The notes under the pieces were generated by a model. That model searched no databases. It saw only the letters and a list, made by a program, of their open reading frames with translations, and was not told where the DNA came from. DNA of 64,000 nt from Macrostomum hystrix (taxonomy: Eukaryota > Animalia > Platyhelminthes): positions 4,712,001 through 4,776,000 of the forward strand of contig CATNEN010000001.1 in NCBI GenBank assembly GCA_950097015.1. The letters run 5' to 3'. Both the position numbers and the translations under genes were made by a program. Below, one piece after another: positions 39,301-54,400 of this stretch. Within the stretch, counting starts at the first letter, position 1. Every line of letters starts with the position of its first letter.

Positions 39301-42300
39301 TTCTAAAATATGATTCTGTCTGCTTCGATTCCATAATACGATTCTGTCTGGTTCGATTCTATAATACGATTCTGTCTGGTTCGATTCCATAATACGATTC
39401 TGTCTGGTTCGATTCTATAATACGATTCTGTCTGGTTCGATTCTATAATACGATTCTGTCTGCTTCGATTCTAAAATATGATTCTCTGCTTCGATTCCAT
39501 AATACGATTCTGTCTGGTTCGATTCTATAATACGATTCTGTCTGGTTCGATTCCATAATACGATTCTGTCTGGTTCGATTCTATAATACGATTCTGTCTG
39601 GTTCGATTCTAAAATACGATTCTGTCTGGTTCGATTCTATAATACGATTCTGTCTGGTTCGATTCTATAATACGATTCTGTCTGGTTCGATTCTATAATA
39701 CGATTCTGTCTGGTTCGATTCTAGAATACGATTCTGTCTGGTTCGATTCTATAATACGATTCTGTCTGGTTCGATTCTATAATACGATTCTGTCTGGTTC
39801 GATTCTATAATACGATTCTGTCTGGTTCGATTCTATAATACGATTCTGTCTGGTTCGATTCTAGAATACGATTCTGTCTGGTTCGATTCTATAATACGAT
39901 TCTGTCTGGTTCGATTCTATAATACGATTCTGTCTGGTTCGATTCTATAATACGATTCTGTCTGGTTCGATTCTAGAATACGATTCTATCTGGTTCGATT
40001 CCATAATACGATTCTGTCTGGTTCGATTCTAAAATACGATTCTGTCTGGTTCGATTCTATAATACGATTCTGTCTGGTTCGATTCTATAATACGATTCTG
40101 TCTGCTTCGATTCCATAATACGATTCTGTCTGGTTCGATTCCATAATACGATTCTGTCTGGTTCGATTCTATAATACGATTCTGTCTGGTTCGATTCTAT
40201 AATACGATTCTGTCTGGTTCGATTCTATAATACGATTCTGTCTGGTTCGATTCTATAATACGATTCTGTCTGGTTCGATTCTATAATGCGATTCTATCTG
40301 GTTCGATTCTATAATACGATTCTGTCTGGTTCGATTCTATAATGCGATTCTGTCTGGTTCGATTCTAGAATACGATTCTGTCTGGTTCGATTCTATAATA
40401 CGATTCTGTCTGGTTCGATTCTATAATACGATTCTGTCTGGTTCGATTCTATAATACGATTCTGTCTGGTTCGATTCTATAATACGATTCTGTCTGGTTC
40501 GATTCTATAATGCGATTCTGTCTGCTTCGATTCTATAATACGATTCTGTCTGCTTCGATTCTATAATACGATTCTGTCTGGTTCGATTCTAGAATACGAT
40601 TCTGTCTGCTTCGATTCTAGAATGCGATTCTGTCTGCTTCGATTCTAGAATACAATTCTGTCTGCTTCGATTCTAGAATACGATTCTGTCTGCTTCGATT
40701 CTAGAATACGATTCTGTCTGCTTCGATTCTATAATACGATTCTGTCTGCTTCGATTCTAGAATACGATTCTGTCTGCTTCGATTCTAGAATACGATTCTG
40801 TCTGCTTCGATTCTAGAATGCGATTCTGTCTGCTTCGATTCTAGAATACAATTCTGTCTGCTTCGATTCTAGAATACGATTCTGTCTGCTTCGATTCTAG
40901 AATACGATTCTGTCTGCTTCGATTCTAGAATACGATTCTGTCTGCTTCGATCCTAGAATACGATTCTGTCTGCTTCGATTCTAGAATGCGATTCTGTCTG
41001 CTTCGATTCTAGAATACAATTCTGTCTGCTTCGATTCTAGAATACGATTCTGTCTGCTTCGATTCTAGAATACGATTCTGTCTGCTTCGATTCTATAATA
41101 CGATTCTGTCTGCTTCGATTCTAGAATACGATTCTGTCTGCTTCGATTCTATAATACGATTCTGTCTGGTTCGATTCTAGAATACGATTCTGTCTGCTTC
41201 GATTCTAGAATGCGATTCTGTCTGCTTCGATTCTAGAATACAATTCTGTCTGGTTCGATTCTATAATGCGATTCTGTCTGCTTCGATTCTATAATACGAT
41301 TCTGTCTGGTTCGATTCTATAATACGATTCTGTCTGGTTCGATTCTATAATGCGATTCTGTCTGCTTCGATTCTATAATACGATTCTGTCTGCTTCGATT
41401 CTATAATACGATTCTGTCTGGTTCGATTCTATAATACGATTCTGTCTGGTTCGATTCTATAATACGATTCTGTCTGGTTCGATTCTATAATGCGATTCTG
41501 TCTGGTTCGATTCTATAATGCGATTCTGTCTGGTTCGATTCTATAATACGATTCTGTCTGGTTCGATTCTATAATGCGATTCTGTCTGGTTCGATTCTAT
41601 AATGCGATTTTGTCTGCTTCGATTCTATAATGCGATTCTGTCTGGTTCGATTCTAGAATACGATTCTGTCTGCTTCGATTCTATAATACGATTCTGTCTG
41701 CTTCGATTCTAGAATACGATTCTGTCTGCTTCGATTCTATAATACGATTCTGTCTGCTTCGATTCTATAATACGATTCTGTCTGCTTCGATTCTAGAATA
41801 TGATTCTTTGCTTCGATTCTAAAATGAGATTCTCTGCTTCGATTCTAAAATGAGATTCTCTGCTTCGATTCTAAAATGAGATTCTCTGCTTCGATTCTTA
41901 AATACGATTCTATTTTCGCGTCGATTTTAAATAAACGATTTCAATTTGCATCCAGACTTATTAATAAATATCATTTAAGAACTGAATTTATAAACTCACG
42001 TTTCCAAAGTGGAGAAATTGAAGAACAGGACGCAGAAAGTGAAAACGCAGATCAAAGCCGCCAGGGTATCTGGCTTCGCCTGACCATTGTGCTGCTGCTG
42101 CTGCTGCTCTTGCTGACTGTGTTCCAAAACATCCGACGAGTCTAAACAGAGAAAAAATATTCTTCTTTTATTTAAATGTCTTTATATGGGTATATTTTTT
42201 AAATTAGGTACGAAAAAGCATGACAGCACGAAGTGAGGAGAATAGAAGTGTTACATCCCAGGTCATGCGAACTCAAAGTCTACTCACTTATACTAGCAGG

Positions 42301-45300
42301 ATTGGCCAGCGATCTGTTTTGCGCTATGTCAATTTCGAAAAAGAACTCCTTGAAGAACAGGACGATCAGAATGATGTTTCCGATAGCTGAAATCACGGAT
42401 TTGGGAAATATGATTAAAGCTGATAATTTATTAATTCGCCTTTGTTAAGAACCGGACACTACACCCCAATTCTTCAGACACTTATCCCCAATCCTTCAGT
42501 CACTAATCCCCAATCCTTCAGTCACTAATCCCCAATCCTTCAGACACTAATCCCCAATCCTTCAGACACTAAACCACAATTCTTCAGACACTAATCCCCA
42601 ATTCTTCAGACACTTATCCCAATTCTTCAGACACAAATTCCCAATTCTTCAGACACAAATTCCCAATTCTTCAGACACAAACTCAGGCATAATCCCCAAT
42701 ACTTCAGACACAAATTCCCAATTCTTCAGACACAAACTCAGGCATAATCCCCAATACTTCAGATACAAACTCAGGCATAATCCCCAATACTTCAGACACA
42801 AACTCAGGCATAATCCCCAATACTTCAGGCACAAACTCAGGCATAATCCCCAATACTTCAGGCACAAACTCAGGCATAATCCCCAATACTTCAGGCACAA
42901 ACTCAGGCATAATCCCCAATACTTCAGGCACAAACTCAGGCACAATCCCCAATACTTCAGGCACAAACTCAGGCATAATCCCCAATACTTCAGACACAAA
43001 CTCAGGCATAATCCCCAATACTTCAGGCACAAACTCAGGCATAATCCCCAATACTTCAGACACAAACTCAGGCATAATCCCCAATACTTCAGGCACAAAC
43101 TCAGGCATAATCCCCAATACTTCAGACACAAACTCAGGCATAATCCCCAATACTTCAGGCACAAACTCAGGCATAATCCCCAATACTTCAGGCACAAACT
43201 CAGGCACAATCCCCAATACTTCAGGCACAAACTCAGGCATAATCCCCAATACTTCAGACACAAACTCAGGCATAATCCCCAATACTTCAGACACAAACTC
43301 AGGCACAATCCCCAATACTTCAGACACAAACTCAGGCATAATCCCCAATACTTCAGATACAAACTCAGGCATAATCCCCAATACTTCAGATACAAACTCA
43401 GGCATAATCCCCAATACTTCAGATACAAACTCAGGCATAATCCCCAATACTTCAGGCACAAACTCAGGCATAATCCCCAATACTTCAGATACAAACTCAG
43501 GCATAATCCCCAATACTTCAGATACAAACTCAGGCATAATCCCCAATACTTCAGACACAAACTCAGGCATAATCCCCAATACTTCAGATACAAACTCAGG
43601 CATAATCCCCAATACTTCAGACACAAACTCAGGCATAATCCCCAATACTTCAGATACAAACTCAGGCATAATCCCCAATACTTCAGATACAAACTCAGGC
43701 ATAATCCCCAATACTTCAGACACAAACTCAGGCATAATCCCCAATACTTCAGACACAAACTCAGGCATAATCCCCAATACTTCAGACACAAACTCAGGCA
43801 TAATCCCCAATACTTCAGACACAAACTCAGGCATAATCCCCAATACTTCAGACACAAACTCAGGCATAATCCCCAATACTTCAGACACAAACTCAGGCAT
43901 AATCCCCAATACTTCAGACACAAACTCAGGCATAATCTCCAATACTTCAGACACAAACTCAGGCATAATCCCCAATACTTCAGACACAAACTCAGGCATA
44001 ATCCCCAATACTTCAGACACAAACTCAGGCATAATCCCCAATACTTCAGACACAAACTCAGGCATAATCCCCAATACTTCAGACACAAACTCAGGCATAA
44101 TCCCCAATACTTCAGACACAAACTCAGGCATAATCCCCAATACTTCAGACACAAACTCAGGCATAATCCCCAATACTTCAGACACAAACTCAGGCATAAT
44201 CCCCAATACTTCAGACACAAACTCAGGCATAATCCCCAATACTTCAGACACAAACTCAGGCATAATCCCCAATACTTCAGACACAAACTCAGGCATAATC
44301 CCCAATACTTCAGACACAAACTCAGGCATAATCCCCAATACTTCAGACACAAACTCAGGCATAATCCCCAATACATCAGATACAAACTCAGGCATAATCC
44401 CCAATACTTTAGATACAAACTCAGGCATAATCCCCAATACTTCAGACACAAACTCAGGCATAATCCCCAATACTTCAGATAAAAACTCAGGCATAATCCC
44501 TAATACTTCAGACACAAACTCAGGCATAATCCCCAATACTTTAGATACAAACTCAGGCATAATCCCCAATACTTCAGACACAAACTCAGGCATAATCCCC
44601 AATACTTCAGACACAAACTCAGGCATAATCCCCAATACTTCAGACACAAACTCAGGCATAATCCCCAATACTTCAGATACAAACTTCAGGCATAACCCTC
44701 AATCCTTCAGGCCCAACCGCAATGCTTCAGGCGCATGAGACTCTGACCCATGAGGAAGGAGAGCAATCCAGCAGTTGTGTACATGTTGATCTGCAGGGCG
44801 GCCGAGTGTACAGGTCCCGGATAGCCCAACAGAGTGAAAACTGCTTGGACTGCTGGGCCAACAATGAAGCCAAGAGACTGGCAGATGGACACTTTGGCCA
44901 TGACTTCAGTTCTCTCGGCCACCGTGGTAGCACCGGAGACAAAGCTCCGAATGACCGCTCCATTGCCGGCGCCCAGACCAATCACAAAGCGAGCAGCTAG
45001 CAGAACAAATCGACGATTGGTTGGAAAGGCGTGTACATAGGCGTACAGGGCGCTGCCAACCAAGCTTATCACCAGCGAGATTAGGATTGGAGTCTTGGCC
45101 TGTTTCATCACATTGAACAGTAGGCCCAGGATAGGACTGGCGATAAACTGGCCTAGACTAAAGGCTGCCACAACCCAGCCAAGGAAGGCCTCATTTGATT
45201 GGCTGTCAACCTGAGCGTGTTTTTTATTGGCTAGGACTGAGATTCACAATTCCAGATAGCTGGATATTTATATTAAAAGACTTACCTGCTGTAGATAGGG

Positions 45301-46011
45301 CCAAATCGAAGACAAACAGATTGAGAAACCCAAGCTAGAAATGAAGAATGTGATGTAGCACAGCCTGATAGATTTCCAGCGATAGCTAAAGTCTGTATTG
45401 CTTGCACTTTCCTTCATTCGGGTTACTCTAAAATTGATTTTTTAGATTAAAAGACATTAGATATGTACTGCAACGTATAGTGTCCACTTTGAGTTCATAA
45501 TTGAGTAGAAAAATACCTACACATTTTACTTAATGTTAGCTACAAATAGATACATATAAATGTAACCATTATAATTATAAATGTTTTTTAAAAGGCAAAA
45601 ATGTAAAGAATAAATGTAAGTAACACACTGTAGCAATAACACCAAAACAGAATATCTGTTATTCATTTTTAGACATTGATTTCGTTATTTAAAATATTAT
45701 TTAAACCTAAGAATTACATTTTTTAATTGTACTCTTACTTTTAGTTTTACTTTTAAAATGTATCTAAAAAACCAAGAATAGAACTAAGAAGCTGTCTATA
45801 TTTTTATAACCATTGCCTTATTTAGTATAAAGTTCACAATCAAAAAGATAATCGTTTCAAAAATACGTAATAAATTGTATCTAAGCTCCGTTGCTCAGGA
45901 TTTTCACGACAATAAAAAAACTTACGAATTGTCATAGTCTGTGGTTGCATCTGAATAAACGCCAGCAAGCAGAGGCGAATCTTCTTCATCTGCGTTGATT
46001 CGATGAGCCAT
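36319..46011 (-). CDS. MFSD8: MFSD8/CLN7 lysosomal MFS protein, about 541 aa; exons 46011-45926, 45427-45286, 45210-44748, 42386-42288, 42141-42000, 38309-38175, 37723-37402, 36555-36319
   Basis: N-terminal dileucine EDSPLL; RWKSIRLCYITFFISSLGFSICLSSIWPYLQ; FLGWVVAAFSLGQFIASP; ETIMTPLSQVMFAWNKEQASLYNG; KILGPIRQ|GVWMGILTGGGSLARCIGP; C-terminal YAEI. All seven GT-AG introns are phase-consistent. Confidence 0.93.
36705..37058 (-). mobile_element. tRNA-derived SINE family B, intact CpG-rich copy (about 355 bp)
   Basis: Minus strand GGGGGGTCGGTGCAGAGCGGTTATCGCG...GGTCCCTAAGTTCGATTC (A and B boxes), unique body, ATT tail; second copy at 25722. Confidence 0.82.
37815..37962 (-). mobile_element. SINE family A copy in MFSD8 intron
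   Basis: Matches 14790-14960 including the B-box; internal deletion. Confidence 0.8.
38745..41910. repeat. 28-bp minisatellite CGATTCTGTCTGGTTCGATTCTATAATA in MFSD8 intron
   Basis: About 110 units, each with two CGATTCT-led halves. Confidence 0.97.
42460..44710. repeat. 33-bp minisatellite CTTCAGACACAAACTCAGGCATAATCCCCAATA in MFSD8 intron
   Basis: About 60 units, preceded by related 21-22-bp units. Confidence 0.97.
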
Positions 46012-47985
46012 AAAGTATTATTACGAATATGTACTTCTAGATTTCCCTTTAATTTTAGCTAACGCGAATTAGTACATATTACTAAAACTGTTTTTTTCGT
46101 AACGATTATAAATAGTTGTTTAATAGGCAGAGTTAAAAAAACGTAATATGCCATTAAAAATAAGCTAAGTAGTTCCATTCTTTTGTATTATGAGATTAAT
46201 TGTAAAAATATGAGCGTTTATAAATACTAATCTTCATTGTTCAATCTTCATTCTCGTCTAATGTTTAGTTTGTTTAATTTATTAGCCTCATTTACGAGTT
46301 TTATACATGTTGATATTCTAGTACCGAGAAGTAAGAAGTGGATTTTTTATGTATGAAATTCTGATATCGAAGTTTTAGACCAAGAATGAACTAACAGACA
46401 TTTTTAACTTTGCCTGGATAAAAAACCCACGGCTGCTGGCCCCTACATATAAGCCTTAGGTATTTTAACAAGTTATGCATCATCTTTTTAAATTGTTTGT
46501 TGAATACATAAATAACAAAGCAAGACCACAAATCTTAAGTCTTAATTCTTTATGGAGACAATCAGTTTTAGAAGTCGTGCGACCCGAGTTAAGAAGCAAC
46601 TGTTCATTGAGCTGCACATGCTTACCGGCAATACAATACTATGGTGAATATTGTATTTCATAAAAAGAAACAACTTGTTTTTTTCTTACGGAGACAAAAT
46701 AGACAAACAAAATCTTATAAAATTAAAATTCTGCATATTTTCTGAATGAAGCACACACACACACATTTGTTTAATAAAACAGGCATGCAAGATGCAAGAT
46801 ACATGCAAACTTCATACGCTCGTAGTAGATAAAACAATAGTTGAAAAGCAAACACAAAGCGCTACTTGCAATAAATATGACGGCACTGCTTATTTAACAT
46901 GTTTTAAATACTTTTACATACTAATAATACAATGCTATAATTCTTAAGAATTTAAATTTAATACTCAGCTGTGCTTTTTATGAATATGTTTATAGCAAAT
47001 AATTCATTGCACTACAACTTATTAAAAAATTTAGAAAGCGATTTTTACATCAGAAGACTGTTCGCAGAGAAATGGCCTAGCGGCTGCAGTGTAGGAACTA
47101 CAAAGGAAGACAATTGTATATGGTTATTAAAAAATTACGAAAACAAACTACTTTTAATAGTACACCGTACTATTGCTAAAGTAAATAAGCTTAGCAAATA
47201 AATTAAACTAAGGATAGGGAAGAACAATTAATCGAATGGCTAGGTTAGTTTCGAAAATGAAATAAAATAGCTTCAAAAAAACCAATTTCAGCACCGTTTT
47301 GTTTATTCGCTGCTGTTCATTATTGTTAGCTACAGTCAAGAAAAGACAAAAAACTAATTGTTCACTATATATATACAGCAAGCAAAATGAACAAAAGAAT
47401 GAAAGCCATGTTTTGTAAAGTAAAAATCCTATTAATTAATAATAAATGAGGGATTAAAATATTGTGGATTAAACTGCACACCTAGTCACCTATCCCCACT
47501 ATGCTAGAATGAACATGAGTGGGAATCGAACTCGCGATCTTTAGATTAAGTTAGATAAATTTACAAAATGCGCTTTTTAAAGTATTTTTGAGAGCTGTAA
47601 AAACGCTAGAAAAAGTACAACAGCTACTATGTCAACATATTGTTTAACAAAACCTGTTTGCTGAGAAAAGCATTAGATGAATAAAACAAAATATTTCGTA
47701 TCAGTATAACAAACAACTGGAGAGAACTAGGACGAAGAATGGCTATTGAAACATGCTTGTTGTTCAACGAAAAAAGCAGTTATTATTGATATATTACACA
47801 AAATTGAGTAAGCTGATATAACTTGCACATTCATTTAAACAATACATTCTTTTTCAATTAAGTCCTTATTAAAAAATTGTTCGCACGGACAGACTGAAAG
47901 ATATGAAATAATGGCATCGATTCTACGGAGATTTAAAAGTTCAATATTTTAACAGCTATTTCAATACAGGGCGTAACTGTAATAA

Positions 47986-48458
47986 AGGGAATCCCATGAG
48001 AGGGGAATCCCAGGACGGAAAAATCCCATGACAGGAGAATTCAACGCAGGGTAATCCCAGGATGGGGAATCCTACGACGGGAATTCCAGGACAGGGAAAT
48101 CCCATAACAGGTAAATCTTATTCCATAGGATAAGTAAATCCTAATTTTCTGCAATCCTCCAAGAATAGTGAACGAGAGGGATTCTACCATGACAGGAGAG
48201 GAGAATTCAACGCAGGGTAATCCCAGGACAGGGGAATCCCACGACGGGAATTCCAGGACAGGGAAATCCCAAAACTGGTGAATCTCATTCTATAGGATAA
48301 GTAAATCCCAATTATCTGCAATACACCAAGAAGAGTGAAAGAGGGATGTGATTTATTTAATTTAGACGAGATTTATGCTACAGAATTAGAAAAATGCCCA
48401 AATCTTAATTCTTGGAAACGGGAATCCCAAGAAAACAGTAGAGTCCATCATTCCCATG
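47986..48458. repeat. Degenerate GGGAATCCCA repeat with an about 165-bp tandem duplication in the TACC 3' UTR
   Basis: 48026-48185 resembles 48188-48350. Confidence 0.75.
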
Positions 48459-48459
48459 G

Positions 48460-51400
48460 TTACTCAGGCGCCACCTTGTGCAGAAGGGTGTCACAGATGC
48501 TGGTCAGTTCGGCATTCTCCTTAGCTCTCTGGTCTAGTTGGGCTTGCAGATTCTGAGCCTGCAATTCGGCTTTGCGTAAAACAGCCTGCAGTCTGACAGC
48601 TTCGCTCTCCGAGTTGCGCTTCTGTTCTTCGATCACCCGATTGGCCGCGTCCAGCTTCTCCTCGGCGTGGGCCTTGAGGGTCTGGTATTTCTGCTCGTTG
48701 CGCTTCATCCGGGCCTGATATTCCTGTACGCACTTCTTCAGGGTCTCCTCGTTCTTCTTCAAGGCTTCTACTAGGAGCTTGGATTTCTCGAAGCGTCTAT
48801 GGAGATCGGAGAAGGCCTTCTCCACATTGCGAAGGTCTTCCAGGGCCTTTCAGGTGGGCGGGATTCGGTTTAAAAAGGAGGATAAAAAACTATTTCCTAG
48901 AAAACTAGCTAACACGAACATTTTTCTATTTTATGCAAGTAAAAAATTTCTAAAATTTATACATAAAAGACGTTTATGACCATTTATGACCAATTCCGCA
49001 AACATTCAGATGGTCATGACCAATTCTACGAACATTCAGATATCCATGACCAATTCTGCTAACATTCAGATGGTCATGACCAATTCTGCAAACATTCAGA
49101 TGGTCATGACCAATTCTGCTAACATTCAGATGGTCATGACCAATTCTGCAAACATTCAGATAGTCATGACCAATTCTGTTAACATTCAGATGGTCATGAC
49201 CAATTCTGCAAACATTCAGATGGTCATGACCAATTCTGCAAACATTCAGATAGTCATGACCAATTCTGTTAACATTCAGATGGTCATGACCAATTCTGCT
49301 AACATTCAGATGGTCATGACCAATTCTGCAAACATTCAGATAGTCATGACCAATTCTGTTAACATTCAGATGGTCATGACCAATTCTGCAAACATTCAGA
49401 TGGTCATGACCAATTCTGCAAACATTCAGATAGTCATGACCAATTCTGTTAACATTCAGATGGTCATGACCAATTCTGCTAACATTCAGATGGTCATGAC
49501 CAATTCTGCAAACATTCAGATAGTCATGACCAATTCTGCTAACATTCAGATGGTCATGACCAATTCTGCAAACATTCAGATGGTCATGACCAATTCTGCA
49601 AACATTCAGATGGTCATGACCAATTCTGCAAACATTCAGATGGTCATGACCAATTCTACAAACATTCAGATATTCATGACCAATTCTACAAACATTCAGA
49701 TGGTCATGACCGGAATTGGTCATGACCGATTCTGAAAACACAGGCCATGACCAAACACTCACCTGATCTCTATCTCTAACAATATCAGCCACCTGCTGAT
49801 CTGTTCGCTTCTTCTGATCGGCCACCTGTTGCAGGCAGCGTTCGTATTCTTGGAAAACAAATTTAGCGCCCTCCAGTTCAGTTCGCAGGCGCTCATTCTC
49901 TTCGGTCAATTGTTTCAGTCGATTCGACTGATCGGCTGAGGCTGATTGAGTCGAGTCTTGAAGAGGCTGTTGATGCTGCATGTTAGCTTTGTTGAAGGCG
50001 GCACTTGTAGTTGATTCAGAAGCAACAGCGGTTTGCAGCTCAGTAGGTTGCGGCGGTGGAGGAAGCGATGAGAAACTGCCGGCCTGCAGATGTCATATAA
50101 GTTTGAAAACGAGTGACTGAACCCTGAACTTGAGGATCTGAGGAAGAGTGACTGAACACTGAAATTGAGGATCTGAGGAAGAGTGACTGAACCCTGAACT
50201 TGAGGATCTGAGGAAGAGTGACTGAACCCTGAACTTGAGGATCTGAGGAAGAGTGACTGAACCCTGAACTTGAGGATCTGAGGAAGAGTGACTGAACCCT
50301 GAACTTGAGGATCTGAGGAAGAGTGACTGAACCCTGAACTTGAGGATCTGAGGAAGAGTGACTGAACCCTGAAATTGAGGATCTGAGGAAGAGTGACTGA
50401 ACCCTGAACTTGAGGATCTGAGGAAGAGTGACTGAACCCTGAACTTGAGGATCTGAGGAAGAGTGATTGAACCCTGAACTTGAGGATCTGAGGAAGAGTG
50501 ATTGAACACTGAACTTGAGGATCTGAGGAAGAGTGACTGAACCCTGAAATTGAGGATCTGAGGAAGAGTGACTGAACCCTGAACTTGAGGATCTGAGGAA
50601 GAGTGACTGAACCCTGAACTTGAGGATCTGAGGAAGAGTGACTGAACCCTGAACTTGAGGATCTGAGGAAGAGTGACTGAACCCTGAAATTGAGGATCTG
50701 AGGAAGAGTGACTGAACCCTGAACTTGAGGATCTGAGGAAGAGTGACTGAACCCTGAACTTGAGGATCTGAGGAAGAGTGATTGAACCCTGAACTTGAGG
50801 ATCTGAGGAAGAGTGATTGAACACTGAACTTGAGGATCTGAGGAAGAGTGATTGAACCCTGAACATGAAGATCTGAGAAAGAGTGACTGAACACTGAACT
50901 TGAGGATCTGAGGAAGAGTGATTGAACACTGAACTTGAGGATCTGAGGAAGAGTGATTGAACACTGAACTTGAGGATCTGAGGAAGAGTGACTGAACCCT
51001 GAACTTGAGGATCTGAGGAAGAGTGATTGAACACTGAACTTGAGGATCTGAGGAAGAGTGACTGAACACTGAACTTGAGGATCTGAGGAAGAGTGATTGA
51101 ACACTGAACTTGAGGATCTGAGGAAGAGTGATTGAACACTGAACTTGAGGATCTGAGGAAGAGTGACTGAACACTGAACTTGAGGATCTGAGAAAGAGTG
51201 ACTGAACACTGAACTTGAGGATCTGAGGAAGAGTGACTGAACACTGAACTTGAGGATCTGAGGAAGAGTGATTGAACACTGAACTTGAGGATCTGAGGAA
51301 GAGTGATTGAACACTGAACTTGAGGATCTGAGGAAGAGTGACTGAACACTGAACTTGAGGATCTGAGGAAGAGTGACTGAACCCTGAACTTGAGGATCTG

Positions 51401-54400
51401 AGGAAGAGTGATTGAACACTGAACTTGAGGATCTGAGGAAGAGTGACTGAACACTGAACTTGAGGATCTGAGGAAGAGTGATTGAACACTGAACTTGAGG
51501 ATCTGAGGAAGAGTGATTGAACACTGAACTTGAGGATCTGAGGAAGAGTGACTGAACACTGAACTTGAGGATCTGAGAAAGAGTGACTGAACACTGAACT
51601 TGAGGATCTGAGGAAGAGTGACTGAACACTGAACTTGAGGATCTGAGGAAGAGTGATTGAACACTGAACTTGAGGATCTGAGGAAGAGTGATTGAACACT
51701 GAACTTGAGGATCTGAGGAAGAGTGACTGAACACTGAACTTGAGGATCTGAGGAAGAGTGATTGAACACTGAACATGAAGATCTGAGGAAGAGTGACTGA
51801 ACACTGAACTTGAGGATCTGAGGAAGAGTGATTGAACACTGAACTTGAGGATCTGAGGAAGAGTGATTGAACACTGAACTTGAGGATCTGAGGAAGAGTG
51901 ACTGAACCCTGAACATGAAGATCTGAGAAAGAGTGACTGAACACTGAACTTGAGGATCTGAGGAAGAGTGATTGAACACTGAAATTGAGGATCTGAGGAA
52001 GAGTGACTGAACCCTGAACTTGAGGATCTGAGGAAGAGTGACTGAACCCTGAACTTGAGGATCTGAGGAAGAGTGACTGAACCCTGAACTTGAGGATCTG
52101 AGGAAGAGTGATTGAACCCTGAACTTGAGGATCTGAGAAAGAGTGACTGAACCCTGAAATTGAGGATCTGAGGAAGAGTGACTGAACACTGAACTTGAGG
52201 ATCTGAGAAAGAGTGACTGAACCCTGAAATTGAGGATCTGAGGAAGAGTGACTGAACCCTGAACTTGAGGATCTGAGGAAGAGTGACTGAACCCTGAACT
52301 TGAGGATCTGAGGAAGAGTGGCTGAACCCTGAACTTGAGGATCTGAGGAAGAGTGGCTGAACCCTGAACTTGAGGATCTGAGGAAGAGTGACTGAACCCT
52401 GAACTTGAGGATCTGAGGAAGAGTGGCTGAACCCTGAACTTGAGGATCTGATGAAGAGTGGCTGAACCCTGAGCGTGAAGATCTGAGGAAAAGGCAAATG
52501 ACTAAATGTTGAGCAATGATATATTTTTTAAATGCTAGAAATCGAAGTAAGAAACCTAACAAATATTTTAGGATTACCTGGTAGAAGTCGTGCCAGTACA
52601 ATATTCAGAAAAGAAACTCAGAAAACTAGCTTTTTATGGCTAAGAAAACGCACAGTTGAGCAATAAAGCAGAAACAAGCAAGATTAGTAGCGATGGAAGT
52701 GAAAATGGCTACAAGAAGTCTGCTAGTTTTACAATACTAATACTACATATGAGGTGGAAGAGGGTTACGACCTACAAGCAGAGAGAAGGGTGGGTTGAAT
52801 AGACAGAGAAGATTTAAGTGTACTCTATAGCCTAACTCACTGTGAGCAGGAAGCTATAGTGTACAAGATAAATCTAATCTTTAAATAGTAGAGCAAGAGA
52901 TAGAAAAGAGGCGACAAAAGAAGGCCAATGTACACAGTCGCCCAACAACTAAATTCTAAATGCATTGCAGTACATTATTGTAGGCACATTTTGAGTCTAC
53001 ACAGTCTAACGTGCTTTCAAAAGCAGCGCGTGCAATTCTTTATATATCATCTCAGTGGCAATTAAGAGGGCTCCGAGATGAAATGAAATTGAATGCTCCG
53101 AGAGAGAATGATGGAGAGACTGAGGGAGAGGGGAGAGAGACTGGGGAGAGAGACTGGGGAGAGGGGAGAGAGACTGGGGAGAGGGGAGAGATAATGAGGG
53201 AGAGGGGAAAGAGAATGAGGGAGAGGGGAGAGATAATGAGGGAGAGGAGAGAGAGAATGAGGGAGAGGGGAAAGAGACTGGGGAGAGAGACTGGGGAGAG
53301 GGGAGAAAGACTGGGGAGAGGGTAGAGATAATGAGGGAGAGGGGAAAGAGAATGAGGGAGAGGGGAGAGATAATGAGGGAGAGGAGAGAGAGAATGAGGG
53401 AGAGGGGAAAGAGACTGGGGAGAGAGACAGGGGAGAGGGGAGAGAGACGGGGGAGAGGGGAGAGAGAATGGGAGAGGGGAGAGAGAATGAGGGAGAGAGG
53501 AGGGAGACTGAGGGAGAGGTGAGAGATAGAATGAAAGGGAGAGGGAGAGGGAGAGAAGGGGTCGGAGAATGGAGAGTTAAGAGCTAGATAACGAGAGTGC
53601 GGTTAGTGCAAGAGTATGAAATCGTACAACTCACATCAGCATTATTGTCCCTGGCCAAGTGTTGCTTATCAAAGCCGCTATTTGAAGATTGCTTTGAGAC
53701 GGCTAGCGGAGAAATCGGTGCCTGCAGTGTAAAAGAACTGGCATTTAAAATCAGGAATACATTCACAATTCAGGCTACTAATTGAGTAGTAAGAAACGAG
53801 TGCAAGCAGGATTATAAGAAAAAGTCTAAACTAAAAATGTTCAAAATTCAAACGTGATTGGTGCCTAGAGAAATGTAATGTTAGGTGAGGAAAATATTGA
53901 ACAAAAAAGCAAACAAAATATAAGCATTCGAGGTAAGTCGGCAGCTGAAAAGTTGAAGAAGCCAAGCTGTTAAAAGAAAACAATATCAGGCTTTCCAAGA
54001 AACCTACAGCCGCAGCAACGAGTGCCACATCGTCATCACGATGAGCTTCGGCTAGTAAAGTGCAAACTTTCTCAGCGAAATTAACATCCGGCATATTCTG
54101 TTGAAGAAACTGGCGAACTTCATTGTCATTGTCATCTTCGGCTAGAAGATTTGCGTCGCTGCGCGGGGAATTCAACGAATGAAATTCCTCGTTGTCTTCT
54201 TCTTCATCATCATCATCTTGAACATTTTTGCTGTTTATGAATGCGGCATTATCATTAACATTTCCTTTGCTGCTGTTGCTATTGCTCGGACGATCCCAAT
54301 CCTGTTTTTTGTTTGTTTTATTGCGTTGAAGGAGAATAGAAACAATATTTCTATTTGGAGAAATGACGCTATCGGTAATCGCAACGAGCTGTATTCTATT

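Noticed and set aside
38745-41910. CRISPR-like 28-35-bp periodicity here and in other arrays
   Set aside because: No unique spacers, no cas genes, eukaryotic context.
42649-52601. GIMPEFVSEVL, MTNSANIQMV and SDPQVQ repeat ORFs
   Set aside because: Intronic arrays between well-supported MFSD8 and TACC exons.
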